Shown: piece after piece, positions 20,291 to 31,169 of the stretch
Layout of the letters: every line of letters starts with the position of its first letter
Numbering within the stretch: the first letter of the stretch is position 1
DNA from: Thermoplasmata archaeon
GTDB taxonomy: Archaea > Thermoplasmatota > Thermoplasmata > Thermoplasmatales > GCA-001856825
Direction of reading: 5' to 3'
Assembly (NCBI GenBank): GCA_021792255.1
Contig: JAJYUZ010000001.1
Span: 320,001 to 384,000 of the forward strand
Length of the DNA stretch: 64,000 bases
Program-made: the position numbers and the translations under genes
The notes under the pieces: model-generated
What the model was told of the DNA's origin: nothing
Seen by the model: the letters and a program-made list of their open reading frames with translations, nothing else
The model's database searches: none

Positions 20291-21377
20291 AACAAGCGCC
20301 TACTTCGTTCTTCACGCAAAATCCTATATGAGGTCTAGATCCGCTCTGTTCTTTCAATTAGCGTTCCCAATCATTCTCATACTCCTTTTTGGAGCTATAT
20401 TCTCGGGATCTTCTTACTCTCCTTCTACTTTGATAGTCCAGAACGAAAGTCCATCGGTTGCTTCCTGGGGGGTTGTAAATGCTATCAACGAATCGGGATT
20501 ATTTAAGGTCCACGTGATTCCTGAGAACGAGAACTTGACAAAATATATCACAAACAACTCGGTGGAAGCAGCTCTTCTGATTCCATCTAATTTTACAACA
20601 AATATTTACAGCGGAGGTAAGGGATACATAATGCTGGAGGGACACTCGAACCCAACAGTGGCAAGCGTAGACTATCAGACACTAAATGGAATTTTCACAG
20701 AGATAAATTTCAGATCCAGTAACACTACCCAAAAACTCGTTCTTTCTTCTCAGATTGCGATTGGCAATACGGGAAAGACAATCAACTATTATGTCCCTGG
20801 CTTGATCGGCTTCACCGTTCTGAGTACGATGTTCAACATGGTCTATACTGTTCCTAACTATAGACGAGAAAAACTGTTCAGACAGCTGTCTTTCAGTGGA
20901 TTGACGAAATCAGAGTGGATAACTGCAAATATGATGTTCTCGTTCCTGATGTTGATCCTTTCGGACGTCATTCTTGTAGCCATTGGAATTTATGTTTTCG
21001 GAGCTTCACTAGTCCTGAACATCCAGACAATTTTGACTTCTGCGCTAATCATCTTTGGAGGACTCTTCTTCTTTACGAGCGTAGGAATCCTAGCGGGGCT
21101 AGTATCTGACAACGAAGAAACGGTATCCGTAGTTGGTAATTTGGTCATGTTCCCGATGATGTTCCTCTCAGGAGTCTTCTTTCCGCTGACGTTTGCGCCA
21201 GCCTATTTAGTGACTATTTCAAAGTTTCTTCCATTGACCTATTTCATCAATTCCTTGATCTCGGTTTTAGATTACGGAAACATATCGTCTGTCGCCCTTC
21301 AGATTCTATGGCTTCTTTTGGGTTCTGCAATCCTATTCATAATAGCGGTGACATTATTCAGCTGGAAACAGAAATGA
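20277..21377 (+). CDS. ABC-2 transporter permease
   Basis: YYVPG, FLSGVFFP, LPLTY; overlaps the ATPase gene. Confidence 0.9.
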   Translation: MNLNRTSAYFVLHAKSYMRSRSALFFQLAFPIILILLFGAIFSGSSYSPSTLIVQNESPSVASWGVVNAINESGLFKVHVIPENENLTKYITNNSVEAALLIPSNFTTNIYSGGKGYIMLEGHSNPTVASVDYQTLNGIFTEINFRSSNTTQKLVLSSQIAIGNTGKTINYYVPGLIGFTVLSTMFNMVYTVPNYRREKLFRQLSFSGLTKSEWITANMMFSFLMLILSDVILVAIGIYVFGASLVLNIQTILTSALIIFGGLFFFTSVGILAGLVSDNEETVSVVGNLVMFPMMFLSGVFFPLTFAPAYLVTISKFLPLTYFINSLISVLDYGNISSVALQILWLLLGSAILFIIAVTLFSWKQK

Positions 21378-21417
21378 GTGCTTAACTTCTTATACTAATT
21401 TTTTATTTTTAAAGTAT

Positions 21418-24060
21418 ATGGGAAAATTGACAGCGGTACTTTCGGGGATCGCAATTTTGCTCATTTTTTCATACTACCTCTTGTCTGTGTCCTTTAACCC
21501 GCTCATAAACTGGATAGGGCCGATTATTGGATTTAGACTGAATCTTATTCTGGGGTTGTTGTGGCTTGATCAGGGCACCCCACTCCAGTACGTATCCATA
21601 TTTGCGATCTGGGCTATTGTTGGACTGATTGTCGGACTCTCTTCGAAGAAATTCGGGGGCGTCTTTGGCACTGCAATCACTATCTGGGTAGTCGTGGGTT
21701 TGATAATGACGATCTCAATAGGTGCAATTGCCATTGGATTTTTAAATGGGTCTAATCTAAACAATCTATTTAATTCACTACCTAACCTAAGCAATGTCCC
21801 ACCTGGTTCTGACATATATTCGATCCTTCACGAACCAGTAATTTCAAGGTGGTTCGACCTGTTGCTACCCTTGATCTCGGGAGGAACGTTGACCACGCTG
21901 CTCAGCACGTGGTCTAAGTTAAGCACTGTTTCCAAAGTATCGGAAATTTTCGGTATCGTATTCCCATTCATTCTAGGGCCGTTAGAGGCCTTCATCATCC
22001 TCGTAGTTTTCGGCGTGATTGGACTTTACATAAAGAGACTGTTCTTTGGTTCTTCCAAAGGGCCCAAGAGAGGATGGAAACTGAAGAAGAGCAAGGTCGC
22101 ATCGATCTTATTTGTTTTAATCCTGATTGGTTCTTCAAGTGCAATTGTCCTAGACCACGGTACTAATGTGGGATTTAGTACAACGACCACAATGGAAAAA
22201 ACAGCAATGGCAGAGCTAGGATCAGTTTCAATGATTCTTCCTTCGGTAGCCCCAAACGGTATAGGATCTTCAACCGCAACTGCCCTCCAATCGGTGAATA
22301 ATCTGATCAGTGGTACAGGAAATATTCAAGCTTACTCTAACTCACCATACGGATATCCGCCATCTTCAGTAGTATCGGGACTATCTAATGGATCAATAAG
22401 AGGGGACCTCGCCATCTCCCTGTTGGAAAAGCAAGGGAGCCTCTTAAACGTATATGCAGCGCTGAATTTTTCCAACAAGACTAATGGTTTTCTTACACAC
22501 CCGGCCTTCGAGAACAGCGAGTTCAGCTTTTTGATTTTACAATCGAACTTGACCCAACTCGTCCAGTCATTTGAAAATTCGACCAATTCGTCTAGTGGAT
22601 CGCGGTCCAATTCCAGTTCCTACAATCTGTCTGGTACGTCCCTTTCGGGCCTTACCGGGTATGTGAATCTTGTCCCGGGATATATTTTTGTCATCGCCTA
22701 CAATGGGTCGATAGCGGCTACAAAGGATTACGCTGACAGTGCAGCTTCTTATGTGACCTCGAGCCTAGGAATGCCTAGTTATCAGAGTCTAATCGCAATT
22801 AACTCGGCGAGCATCAATAATCTGACAAAACTGGGATCGAGTTCGGGAGGAAGCAATTCGAGCAATGGAATAAGTGTATACGTTTATGCGGCTACACCCA
22901 ATTTCAAAGATGTGGCTCAGAATTTTTCTAAAAATCTGCTGGGTCAGATCGATAGTGGCCCAGTTGGCACCTTGCTCGGAAACTCTATAGATTCAGGGTA
23001 CCTCGTACCTGGATCAAATTCCTTGAGTTCAAGCTCGAGTTTAATCGTACTCGGTGATCTCAATTCGGGATTATTTTCTGGCCTTCTTAACAACACCGCT
23101 GCGAGTGCCTATTCTGCTTTCACGAGTGGGGGATCTTTCGTCCTTGAGCTCTCGGAGTGGCAGCACAGGTTTTACTCCTCTGATTCCAACTCTGTCACCG
23201 GCGGAACCCTATTTAATTACAACGGACCCCTGAACTTTTCCAGTAACGAGATGACTGTGCTTGGATTCGGTAGTGAACTTTCGATGTCATTTACCAATAT
23301 GACTTCAGTGCTGTCTGGTCTCAGTGCGAACTTGTTCACAAACAATGCTACTTTGGCCAAAGGACTCAGCGCATACACCAACAACTCTTCCAAAATCAAA
23401 ACCATTATGATTGCCAATGGACCCTTCTATCTTTCCCAACACGGGTACAACGTAAGCAGTCCGTTCCCTGCGAACCTATCATTCAGTCTAAGCGACAGGT
23501 ATATTGCCTATGGAGAAGTGGCCCTCAATATTTCTGTGACAAACAACGACAATCAGCCTCTAAACAACTTGAATATCTCACTCCAGAAGTTCTTCTCCGA
23601 TTATGGAAGCACTATAGGGAATCCAAACGGCAACCCAACGACCATTTACATTGGCACAATTGCCCCGGGTCAGACTGCATCTTTCGTGTACAATATTACC
23701 CTTAAGGGGACAGGACTCTACTATCTGCCTCCCCCAACAGCAAGCTATAATTACGGAGGCACTTCCTTTTCGACCCAGTATGGATCTGGGTATTTCATCT
23801 CTACGCAGAAGCCCTCGGTGGCTTATGCAGTCACTTCCTCAGTGCTGGTTCTGATGAACCTGTATGGACCTCTGCGACCTTTGACCCAATTCCATTTGGG
23901 ACCGTTGAACATCGTCGAGCTGATCATCCTTCTGATAATAGTTCTTGACGTCTTCCTGGAATACAGGTCATTCGTCAAGTGGAGAACAGAGAAAAAGAGG
24001 ATTAAGGAAGGACCCAGTGACGGAAACAAAGATGCGATTGCGGGAGAACCTCCCAAATAA
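21418..24060 (+). CDS. Large membrane-anchored protein of unknown function
   Basis: 880 aa; N-terminal TM bundle, Ser/Asn-rich soluble region, Ig-like segment, C-terminal TM and charged tail. Confidence 0.75.
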   Translation: MGKLTAVLSGIAILLIFSYYLLSVSFNPLINWIGPIIGFRLNLILGLLWLDQGTPLQYVSIFAIWAIVGLIVGLSSKKFGGVFGTAITIWVVVGLIMTISIGAIAIGFLNGSNLNNLFNSLPNLSNVPPGSDIYSILHEPVISRWFDLLLPLISGGTLTTLLSTWSKLSTVSKVSEIFGIVFPFILGPLEAFIILVVFGVIGLYIKRLFFGSSKGPKRGWKLKKSKVASILFVLILIGSSSAIVLDHGTNVGFSTTTTMEKTAMAELGSVSMILPSVAPNGIGSSTATALQSVNNLISGTGNIQAYSNSPYGYPPSSVVSGLSNGSIRGDLAISLLEKQGSLLNVYAALNFSNKTNGFLTHPAFENSEFSFLILQSNLTQLVQSFENSTNSSSGSRSNSSSYNLSGTSLSGLTGYVNLVPGYIFVIAYNGSIAATKDYADSAASYVTSSLGMPSYQSLIAINSASINNLTKLGSSSGGSNSSNGISVYVYAATPNFKDVAQNFSKNLLGQIDSGPVGTLLGNSIDSGYLVPGSNSLSSSSSLIVLGDLNSGLFSGLLNNTAASAYSAFTSGGSFVLELSEWQHRFYSSDSNSVTGGTLFNYNGPLNFSSNEMTVLGFGSELSMSFTNMTSVLSGLSANLFTNNATLAKGLSAYTNNSSKIKTIMIANGPFYLSQHGYNVSSPFPANLSFSLSDRYIAYGEVALNISVTNNDNQPLNNLNISLQKFFSDYGSTIGNPNGNPTTIYIGTIAPGQTASFVYNITLKGTGLYYLPPPTASYNYGGTSFSTQYGSGYFISTQKPSVAYAVTSSVLVLMNLYGPLRPLTQFHLGPLNIVELIILLIIVLDVFLEYRSFVKWRTEKKRIKEGPSDGNKDAIAGEPPK

Positions 24061-24079
24061 TCTGAACTCTGATGTTGCT

Positions 24080-25315
24080 TTATTTCAGGACGCCCTGTTC
24101 ATTCGGACTAGTTGTAAGCACGGCTGCACTCGTAGCGTACCTACTAGAAATTACCGTGAAACTGATGGAACCTGCCAGTATGCTAAATATGACGACGTAA
24201 AAGACTGTGTTTCCAAAAGTGCTGAAGAGGGCCGGGTTGGTCGATAGAACTATTCCTAATAGTACTATAACCGTGGGCCCTCTGTGGACAAAGGAAGAGA
24301 CCAAGAGGCTGTCTCGACCAAACCACTTTGTGATTCCATTCACAGAAAATACTTCAAAGAAGCGCATTGCTATTATAGCCGCAGTTAAAATAGCAGCCAC
24401 TATAAGCGCCTGAAAGTCGAATATGTTTACCAGAATTCCAGTGTAGACATAGAAAATGGTGAGCACTATGAACGTTATTTCTTGGTTGAAAAAGTCCAGC
24501 TGGGTGATGTCGACCGTGCCGGACACCTTCAGTATCTTGGATAAAGCATGAGAATTCGCTATGAGTATAGAGAATATGAAAACCGCTAGGATAGCTGAGG
24601 CCCCAATGTAATCGGCGACTCCCCAGATCACAAACAGAACTGCGATAGTTGCTATGTAATAGTGAGGCGCTGAAGCCTGTTTTAGAACGATGAGCCAGAG
24701 TATTCCCATGACTCCTCCAAGAACTATTGCTTCTGAAAAACTACTGAAGAGGTAAGTGGTGATACTCACTATCGTAGACGGCTGGTCTATTAGACTGAGA
24801 ATGAGCAAAGCGCCTATGACGTTCAAGACAGAATTGAAAATGGTTTCGACTTCAATCGTGTGCTTGGTGGCTTCATCAAGCTTTATTCTTGCTAAGAGTG
24901 GAATGATGAAAGGAGCAGCCGTCTCGCTTAGTATTGTAGAAATCAATAACGAAACGAGGAGAGGCATCTTGAAGACGAAATAGAGGATAGGGGTCAACAG
25001 TCCAATGACAAACGCTAGGTCAGCGATGGCTGTTCCGATCCCTTTGGATAAAGAGTGGCCAAACTTTTGCAAATCGAGCTTCAAGAGTCCCCCAAAAACG
25101 ATGAGAATCAAAGCAACGATCCCAACAAAACTCAGCAGAGATCTTAGAATAGATATATAAACGGAAGGAATGATTCCAGAATAGTGGATGAGTATCCCGA
25201 TGAGCAGGAGGAGAAGCATATCGGGAATTCGCTTCTTTCGGAACGCTATCTCCCCAACGAAACCAAGAAGCATGATCCCTGACAGCAACAATAGTAGTTC
25301 ATCGGTCGTTATCAA
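24080..25315 (-). CDS. Cation:proton antiporter (CPA1/NhaP-like)
   Basis: IPDMLLLLLIGI, VFGGL, ETIFNS, HRG motifs; about 12 TM helices. Confidence 0.85.
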   Translation of the reverse strand: MITTDELLLLLSGIMLLGFVGEIAFRKKRIPDMLLLLLIGILIHYSGIIPSVYISILRSLLSFVGIVALILIVFGGLLKLDLQKFGHSLSKGIGTAIADLAFVIGLLTPILYFVFKMPLLVSLLISTILSETAAPFIIPLLARIKLDEATKHTIEVETIFNSVLNVIGALLILSLIDQPSTIVSITTYLFSSFSEAIVLGGVMGILWLIVLKQASAPHYYIATIAVLFVIWGVADYIGASAILAVFIFSILIANSHALSKILKVSGTVDITQLDFFNQEITFIVLTIFYVYTGILVNIFDFQALIVAAILTAAIIAMRFFEVFSVNGITKWFGRDSLLVSSFVHRGPTVIVLLGIVLSTNPALFSTFGNTVFYVVIFSILAGSISFTVISSRYATSAAVLTTSPNEQGVLK

Positions 25316-25458
25316 TGCCTCAAAACTCTCTTCTCGCTAATAACATTTTTTGTCGTCAAAACATACATACTTGAACTTTTTGATTACTGCCTGAAAGAAA
25401 TTTTAGACGACAGGGAAATGAAATATTGAGAATTAACTCCGAATGCAAGGATTGAGTT

Positions 25459-25932
25459 TCACTCTTTTGTGAACTTCGTCATGTTTTTCAATAAGAAGGT
25501 CACGTTCATCGTCACGATAGCAAACCCTACAACGTTTAACGAACCGAATGAAGGTATAAGCAACGTCAGTTTCTCGATAGAGGGAATGTAAATTCCCAGC
25601 ATGGAGAATACCAGCATTAGAAACAAAATCGTCGGTAGAACGTTGTTTTTAACTAGTTGATCATTGGACCCTGATTGTCTTTTGGAGAGAAAAAATGAAG
25701 CAAAAAGTATTGCAACTGGGAGATAGAACAGGAAAGCCAGTACGACCAGTAGGAATGGAAGCCCGAAACTGTTCAAGACTCTGAAATTGAAGGTGAGAAA
25801 CAGAACAATTGAAGGCACTATAATCAGTAGATCTACGAGAGTGATTATCGATATTGCGTCCTTCGGATTCTTGATGGATAACCTCTGTCTTATAACATTA
25901 TTGTTCAATCCGTCAGACAACACATTTCCCAT
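25459..25932 (-). CDS. Hypothetical four-TM membrane protein
   Basis: 157-aa ORF with four hydrophobic segments. Confidence 0.6.
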   Translation of the reverse strand: MGNVLSDGLNNNVIRQRLSIKNPKDAISIITLVDLLIIVPSIVLFLTFNFRVLNSFGLPFLLVVLAFLFYLPVAILFASFFLSKRQSGSNDQLVKNNVLPTILFLMLVFSMLGIYIPSIEKLTLLIPSFGSLNVVGFAIVTMNVTFLLKNMTKFTKE

Positions 25933-26143
25933 TGCAATTAATTACATAGTATCCAGGTATAAATAATTGTCTGCTTAATGTCATACAATTGTCAGAGTTA
26001 TACGTCGATGACAGGGAATAATCCATAGAAGGTGTGTGAGCAAGTCGATAAGAATGAAGGTTTGCGGTGCAAGGGAAGAAAGGTGTTTCCACTTTCGTTA
26101 GGACTTTGCACAACTTTTATTTTGAATCACACGATACTTGTAA

Positions 26144-27574
26144 ATGGAATTCTTGAAGTATTCAGAGAATTATTCCAAAGGAGTCAACGCACTGATAGTA
26201 CCCGTTTTTGAAGATTTCATTCCTGTCGATACAAGAAAGATAGAAAACGAGACTCATGTTCTTACAATCGCAAAGAAGTCTGAATTTTCTGGAAAGAAAG
26301 GCGAATCATTTGACACTTTTGATTCTAAATTGGGTAAGAGAATACTTCTTATCGGACTTGGAAAGAAGAAAGAAATGGAAAACGAGTCCCTGAGAAGATC
26401 TTACTCTGCAGCCTTTAATTCGGTCAAATCGATCCCAAAAGGGGTTGTGCAAGTTCTCCTTCCCGGAGTTTCTCCAGAGGAGCCAAAGGAAGTCACGTTT
26501 GCAATCGCGGTTGCAGCTTATGATTTTGATAAATATAGGAAAGAAAAGAGCAAAATCAAAATCAAGAGCATTTTACTGACCTCCAAATATGATGAAGCCT
26601 CAATCAAGGAAGGTAAGGCTATAGCAGACGCCGTGAACTTTACAAGAGACATAGCAAATCTTCCTCCATCGATTGGCACTCCGTCATATTTCGAAGAGGT
26701 TGCGAAGAAGATCTCTGGAGTGAAGGTCAAGTCGTTCGCCAGAGAAGACTTTCTGAGACTCAAAATGGGAGGGTTAGAAGGAGTATCTAGGGCAGCAAAG
26801 GAAGCAGCAAAGTTGCTCATCATGGAGTACGGACCCAAAGACAAGAAACCGGTTCTCTTAGTTGGAAAAGGTATAACCTTTGACAGCGGAGGGATATCGA
26901 TAAAGCCTTCCGAAGGGATGGATGAAATGAAGTTCGATAAGTGTGGAGCTTCGGCTGTCGTTGGAACAATGAAACTGATTGCTGAACTGAAATTAAAGAG
27001 ACACGTGATAGGAATGGCCCCTCTCACCGAAAACTTGCCTGGTGGGAACGCGTACAAACCTGGGGACATACTGACTCATTACAATGGTGTGACGTCAGAA
27101 GTACTATCGACGGACGCAGAAGGAAGACTGGTGCTTGCGGATGCACTCAGCTATGGGACCTCGAATTTTAAGCCATCAGAAGTAATAGATTTAGCCACTC
27201 TGACGGGTGCTTGCATTGTCGCTCTGGGAAACAACTATGCGGGTATGATGGGAAACAACGATTCATTAAAGAACAAGATCATGAAGGCATCAAAGAAGTC
27301 CTGGGAGAAAGTGTGGGAATTACCCTTGGACAGTGATTTTCAGGACCAGATAAAGAGCAAAGTTGCGGACATAAAGAATACTGGCGGAAGGGAGGGAGGA
27401 GCTGAGACGGCTGGCGCTTTTCTAAGCAGATTCGTCGGAGAGACCCCTTGGGTCCACCTCGATATTGCAGGTACGGCATGGACCCAGAAGAATAACTCCC
27501 ACAGAGCTTATCTACCACCTGGAGCGACGGGTTTTGGCGTGCGACTATTGTACGAGTACCTAAAAGGAGAATGA
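26144..27574 (+). CDS. pepA: Leucyl aminopeptidase (M17)
   Basis: GKGITFDSGG, MKFDKCG, TDAEGRL, DLATLTGA, HLDIAG. Confidence 0.95.
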   Translation: MEFLKYSENYSKGVNALIVPVFEDFIPVDTRKIENETHVLTIAKKSEFSGKKGESFDTFDSKLGKRILLIGLGKKKEMENESLRRSYSAAFNSVKSIPKGVVQVLLPGVSPEEPKEVTFAIAVAAYDFDKYRKEKSKIKIKSILLTSKYDEASIKEGKAIADAVNFTRDIANLPPSIGTPSYFEEVAKKISGVKVKSFAREDFLRLKMGGLEGVSRAAKEAAKLLIMEYGPKDKKPVLLVGKGITFDSGGISIKPSEGMDEMKFDKCGASAVVGTMKLIAELKLKRHVIGMAPLTENLPGGNAYKPGDILTHYNGVTSEVLSTDAEGRLVLADALSYGTSNFKPSEVIDLATLTGACIVALGNNYAGMMGNNDSLKNKIMKASKKSWEKVWELPLDSDFQDQIKSKVADIKNTGGREGGAETAGAFLSRFVGETPWVHLDIAGTAWTQKNNSHRAYLPPGATGFGVRLLYEYLKGE

Positions 27575-27800
27575 CGTTAGTCTACAGCCGGTAGATAATA
27601 GAGGTCTAAGAATTACTCAGTTAAGTGGAGGGAATAGCTTTCAGACCGCACTTTATAGATCTATGTATTCAGCCGACTTATTGAAATTCGGCGGCAATTT
27701 TTCACAACAATGCCTCTTAAATGTCATCCGTCAGATGCCTGAATATTGCCATGGTTTTTGCCATAAAAATGATTATATAAAGGAAAAACAATGATTTGCG

Positions 27801-30302
27801 ATGAAAAAGAGAGCTGTAATCGCCCCGATAATAGGCGTTTTCATTATCGTGGTTGTTCTAATATTGGGTTCGTTCACTCCGTTGATCTCAATTCTTAATC
27901 CTACTACGGGTGTAATTCAGAACTCCAGAGATCTCGTGGTTGGTAACAGTTCAATCAATCTGCCTGGCATATCCAGCAAAGTTGTCGTCGTACAGGACAA
28001 GTACGGCGTCTATCACTTCTATGCATCAAACACGAAGGATCTGTTCTATTCGCTCGGCTTTATGCAGGCAAAAGAACGACTTGAAGAAATTGAAGTTTTT
28101 GGACTTGAGGGAATGGGTCAAATGCACACGTTGTTTGGGAGCTCGTATTTGAATTATGATAGGTTCCAAACTCTTACGGGAGCACCCATTACGGCTGAGA
28201 AGGACTGGAACAGCGTTCTCAATAATTCCTCCTCCAACTCCACCGATCTTCTGACAAAGAATGCGATGATCTCATACGCCAGCGGAATAAATGCCTATAT
28301 TAACTATTCAGAATCTCATAATACCGTACCTCTTCTTTTTAAGCTCTTGGGAGTCAAACCGTATTACTGGTCGCCAGTATATTCATATGCCGTGCAAGAA
28401 CTAATGGCACAGCAGCTGGAATTTGGGGATGACAGTCTGCAGTTTGCGGTCCTCTACAGTCTGCTTGGTAACCTCACCTACGATCTGCTCCCGACTTTCT
28501 CCTCGGTCCAGACCTATTACTACGGTGGGTATTATGGACTCCCCAATCAAGGGGTTTTGCATATGTCTCACAACACATATCCAATGAATTCTACCGTGCT
28601 CTCTTTGACCAAGACTCTACTCTATCGGTTTAAGTATGACCCTCCAACCTACTTCAATTTCAGTACAAGCGATCACAGCAATGAGCTAGTAGTCGCTGGG
28701 AATAGAACGACAACCGGGTATCCCATCCTGATGGGAGGCCCTGTTCTGGGTTTCTCACTTCCAGCAATCTGGTTCCAAGTTCAACTAGTAGCACCAGGAC
28801 TGGATGTCTATGGAGTCGTTCTTCCGGGGGCTCCCGCCGTCGTTATCGGGTTCAACAATAACATCGCTTGGACGCTCACCGACACCCAAGCCATATCTTC
28901 GGGCACTTTCTTCTTTTCCCAACAGGTGATAGGAGACTCGTACATCTGGAATGGCACAGCGTATCCACTTCAGACTTACAAGATAAATGGATTTGAAGTG
29001 AACTGGACTAACCTTGGACCCGTTATGGCTCAGCAGGGAAGTACTGCCCTGGTTATGGACTGGATGGGCAACATCGTAAGCAATGAGATTGGTACCCTCA
29101 TCGAACTCAATTCTGCGTCTAACTGGTCGCAGTTTAGAAGCGATTTATCTACCTGGATCGCACCGTATCAAAATTTCGCATTTGCCAACAGGACTACAAT
29201 AGCCGATATTTCACCTTCCTATTATCCTATTTTTGGTGGTGCTACCTACAACCCAGCATCAATAATGCCGGGGAACGGAAGCGAATACATATCAGGTTCG
29301 ATTCCATACAATCGAGTCCCACAAGTCGTAAATCCCTCGCAGGGTTTCATCGTGAGTTCTAACCAGAGACAGGTTGGCCCGAGTTATCCTTACTGGTTCG
29401 GAATCTCGAACAGTTTCTCCTCCGGATACAGAGCACAGATGGAGGTTAACTATCTTTCGAGTCATTCCACTGTCTCTCCAAACAATATCGTGAGCTTCCA
29501 GGGAACCAACTATACCGATTATGAAGCTCAAGTTGCCGTCCCGTACATCCTGAGCTATCTCAAAGGAAACACTAACGCTTCCGTCGAAAAAGCATACTCC
29601 CTTCTTTCGGGTTGGAACTTTAACATGACCACTGAATCAGATGCGGCCTCGGTCTGGTTCTTCACGTATATGTATCTTTTCAACGATACGTTCTTCCCCT
29701 TCTTAGAAGACCACGGAGTGATGCCGGAGTACAATACGACCCTGGGAGTACCATCTGGAATGGGAGGAAGCTACCCGAATACCACCGGTTCTGCTTCGAT
29801 GGATATTGTCTTGCTGAACGCATTAGTGACTGGATCGGCAAGTCCGTTCTCCAACCAGAGCATGGAGAACCTTGTGACAGAGTCGGTCGTGCAAGCGATG
29901 AATTTCCTGAATGAGAAGTACCCTTCTGGAAACTATACCTGGGGAAAATTCTATGGATTCCTTTTCCCTAACCTTTTCGGATTTGGTGAGTTTAATGCCG
30001 GTCCGATCTCCAAGGGAGGGGATTTCAATAGTCCAAACGATGCATCCGGTGTTGGACCAAATAATTATCCGACGGGAGGGCAGAGCTGGGAAATGGTCGT
30101 AAATATGTCCAACGTTTCTCATTCATACGGCGTATATCCCGGCGGTCAGAGCGAAAATCCGGCGAGTCCCCTGTACTCCAATTACGTGAATGATTGGATA
30201 AACGATACCTATCTGCCCCTCCTCTTCTATCCGGCGTACTCTTCGTTCCCCACTCAAGAAGTGATGGATACTATCTCTCTGGTTCCGGAGGGATCTCAGT
30301 GA
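27801..30302 (+). CDS. Penicillin acylase-family (S45) Ntn hydrolase, membrane-anchored
   Basis: DKYGVYH, GFMQAKERL, beta-chain start SNELVV, PGAPAVVIGFN, PGGQSENPASP. Confidence 0.88.
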   Translation: MKKRAVIAPIIGVFIIVVVLILGSFTPLISILNPTTGVIQNSRDLVVGNSSINLPGISSKVVVVQDKYGVYHFYASNTKDLFYSLGFMQAKERLEEIEVFGLEGMGQMHTLFGSSYLNYDRFQTLTGAPITAEKDWNSVLNNSSSNSTDLLTKNAMISYASGINAYINYSESHNTVPLLFKLLGVKPYYWSPVYSYAVQELMAQQLEFGDDSLQFAVLYSLLGNLTYDLLPTFSSVQTYYYGGYYGLPNQGVLHMSHNTYPMNSTVLSLTKTLLYRFKYDPPTYFNFSTSDHSNELVVAGNRTTTGYPILMGGPVLGFSLPAIWFQVQLVAPGLDVYGVVLPGAPAVVIGFNNNIAWTLTDTQAISSGTFFFSQQVIGDSYIWNGTAYPLQTYKINGFEVNWTNLGPVMAQQGSTALVMDWMGNIVSNEIGTLIELNSASNWSQFRSDLSTWIAPYQNFAFANRTTIADISPSYYPIFGGATYNPASIMPGNGSEYISGSIPYNRVPQVVNPSQGFIVSSNQRQVGPSYPYWFGISNSFSSGYRAQMEVNYLSSHSTVSPNNIVSFQGTNYTDYEAQVAVPYILSYLKGNTNASVEKAYSLLSGWNFNMTTESDAASVWFFTYMYLFNDTFFPFLEDHGVMPEYNTTLGVPSGMGGSYPNTTGSASMDIVLLNALVTGSASPFSNQSMENLVTESVVQAMNFLNEKYPSGNYTWGKFYGFLFPNLFGFGEFNAGPISKGGDFNSPNDASGVGPNNYPTGGQSWEMVVNMSNVSHSYGVYPGGQSENPASPLYSNYVNDWINDTYLPLLFYPAYSSFPTQEVMDTISLVPEGSQ

Positions 30303-30667
30303 AAATTAATGGCGCTCTCGGATTCATACTCTCTACGCTGATCGTCATAGTACTGGGAGTCGCACTCCTATTCACAAGCATATGGTACACAGTTCTATTT
30401 TCAGGACTCGTTGCTTCTATTGTTATCAGAAGGGGTTATCTTATCTCCATTCTGTCGAGCTTCGCCGGAGGAGTGTTGGGTATTCTAATCATCTTCCTTA
30501 TGCTTCCCACAGGATACTTGGGACCGGTGATGAATGAAGTCGGTGCGATTGCTGGAATTCCCTCAGTGGCGCTGTTCGCGCTTATCTTTCTTATTAACGG
30601 AGGCCTATGCGTCTCAGGAGCACTGATAGGGACTTTTGTCGCTAGATTTATTCAAAAGAGTCGGTGA
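30299..30667 (+). CDS. Small membrane protein coupled to the acylase gene
   Basis: GTG start overlapping the upstream TGA (GTGA); four hydrophobic segments. Confidence 0.7.
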   Translation: MKINGALGFILSTLIVIVLGVALLFTSIWYTVLFSGLVASIVIRRGYLISILSSFAGGVLGILIIFLMLPTGYLGPVMNEVGAIAGIPSVALFALIFLINGGLCVSGALIGTFVARFIQKSR

Positions 30668-30838
30668 GGAAAATACAGAATACGCCCATCTGAAGTTGGA
30701 GCATGCTGAGCACTGAAAAATTCCACCTTATCAGGTATCTAGCCTAGCATTACTTCTCTTCATCTTAATAGACGCCAGTAATTGACTGTACTTTAAGCAC
30801 ACATTATTTCCTTTATTAATTAGAGAACCTCCAACGAA

Positions 30839-31045
30839 GTGAGAATCTATGCAGCAGTGAAGAGGCTCATTGATGGCATGAGCCGTTGGGATATCTCGAG
30901 GAATATGGGCACAGGGATAAGCCTGTCCTGTGTCAGGAGCACAGTATCAGAGCTCATAGACGGAGGAGATGATGATCATTGCACACGGTTCAAGAGGGAA
31001 GTGACTGGAAAGCGTCGATGCCATTTGAACATGACCATGTTTTAG
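30839..31045 (+). pseudogene. Possible degraded transposase or HTH fragment
   Basis: GMSRWDISRNMG..ISLSCVRS resembles transposase HTH segments; no terminal repeats seen. Confidence 0.25.
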
Positions 31046-31169
31046 CGCCACAGGAGGATTCATAAAATTGAAATATATCTTCGTCGTTGGGTTATTTTGA
31101 TGAAGAGACAGGATTTACGTCCTGAAAATATATTTTTTTACGGGAACCAACAAAAAAGGTGAAAAAAAG

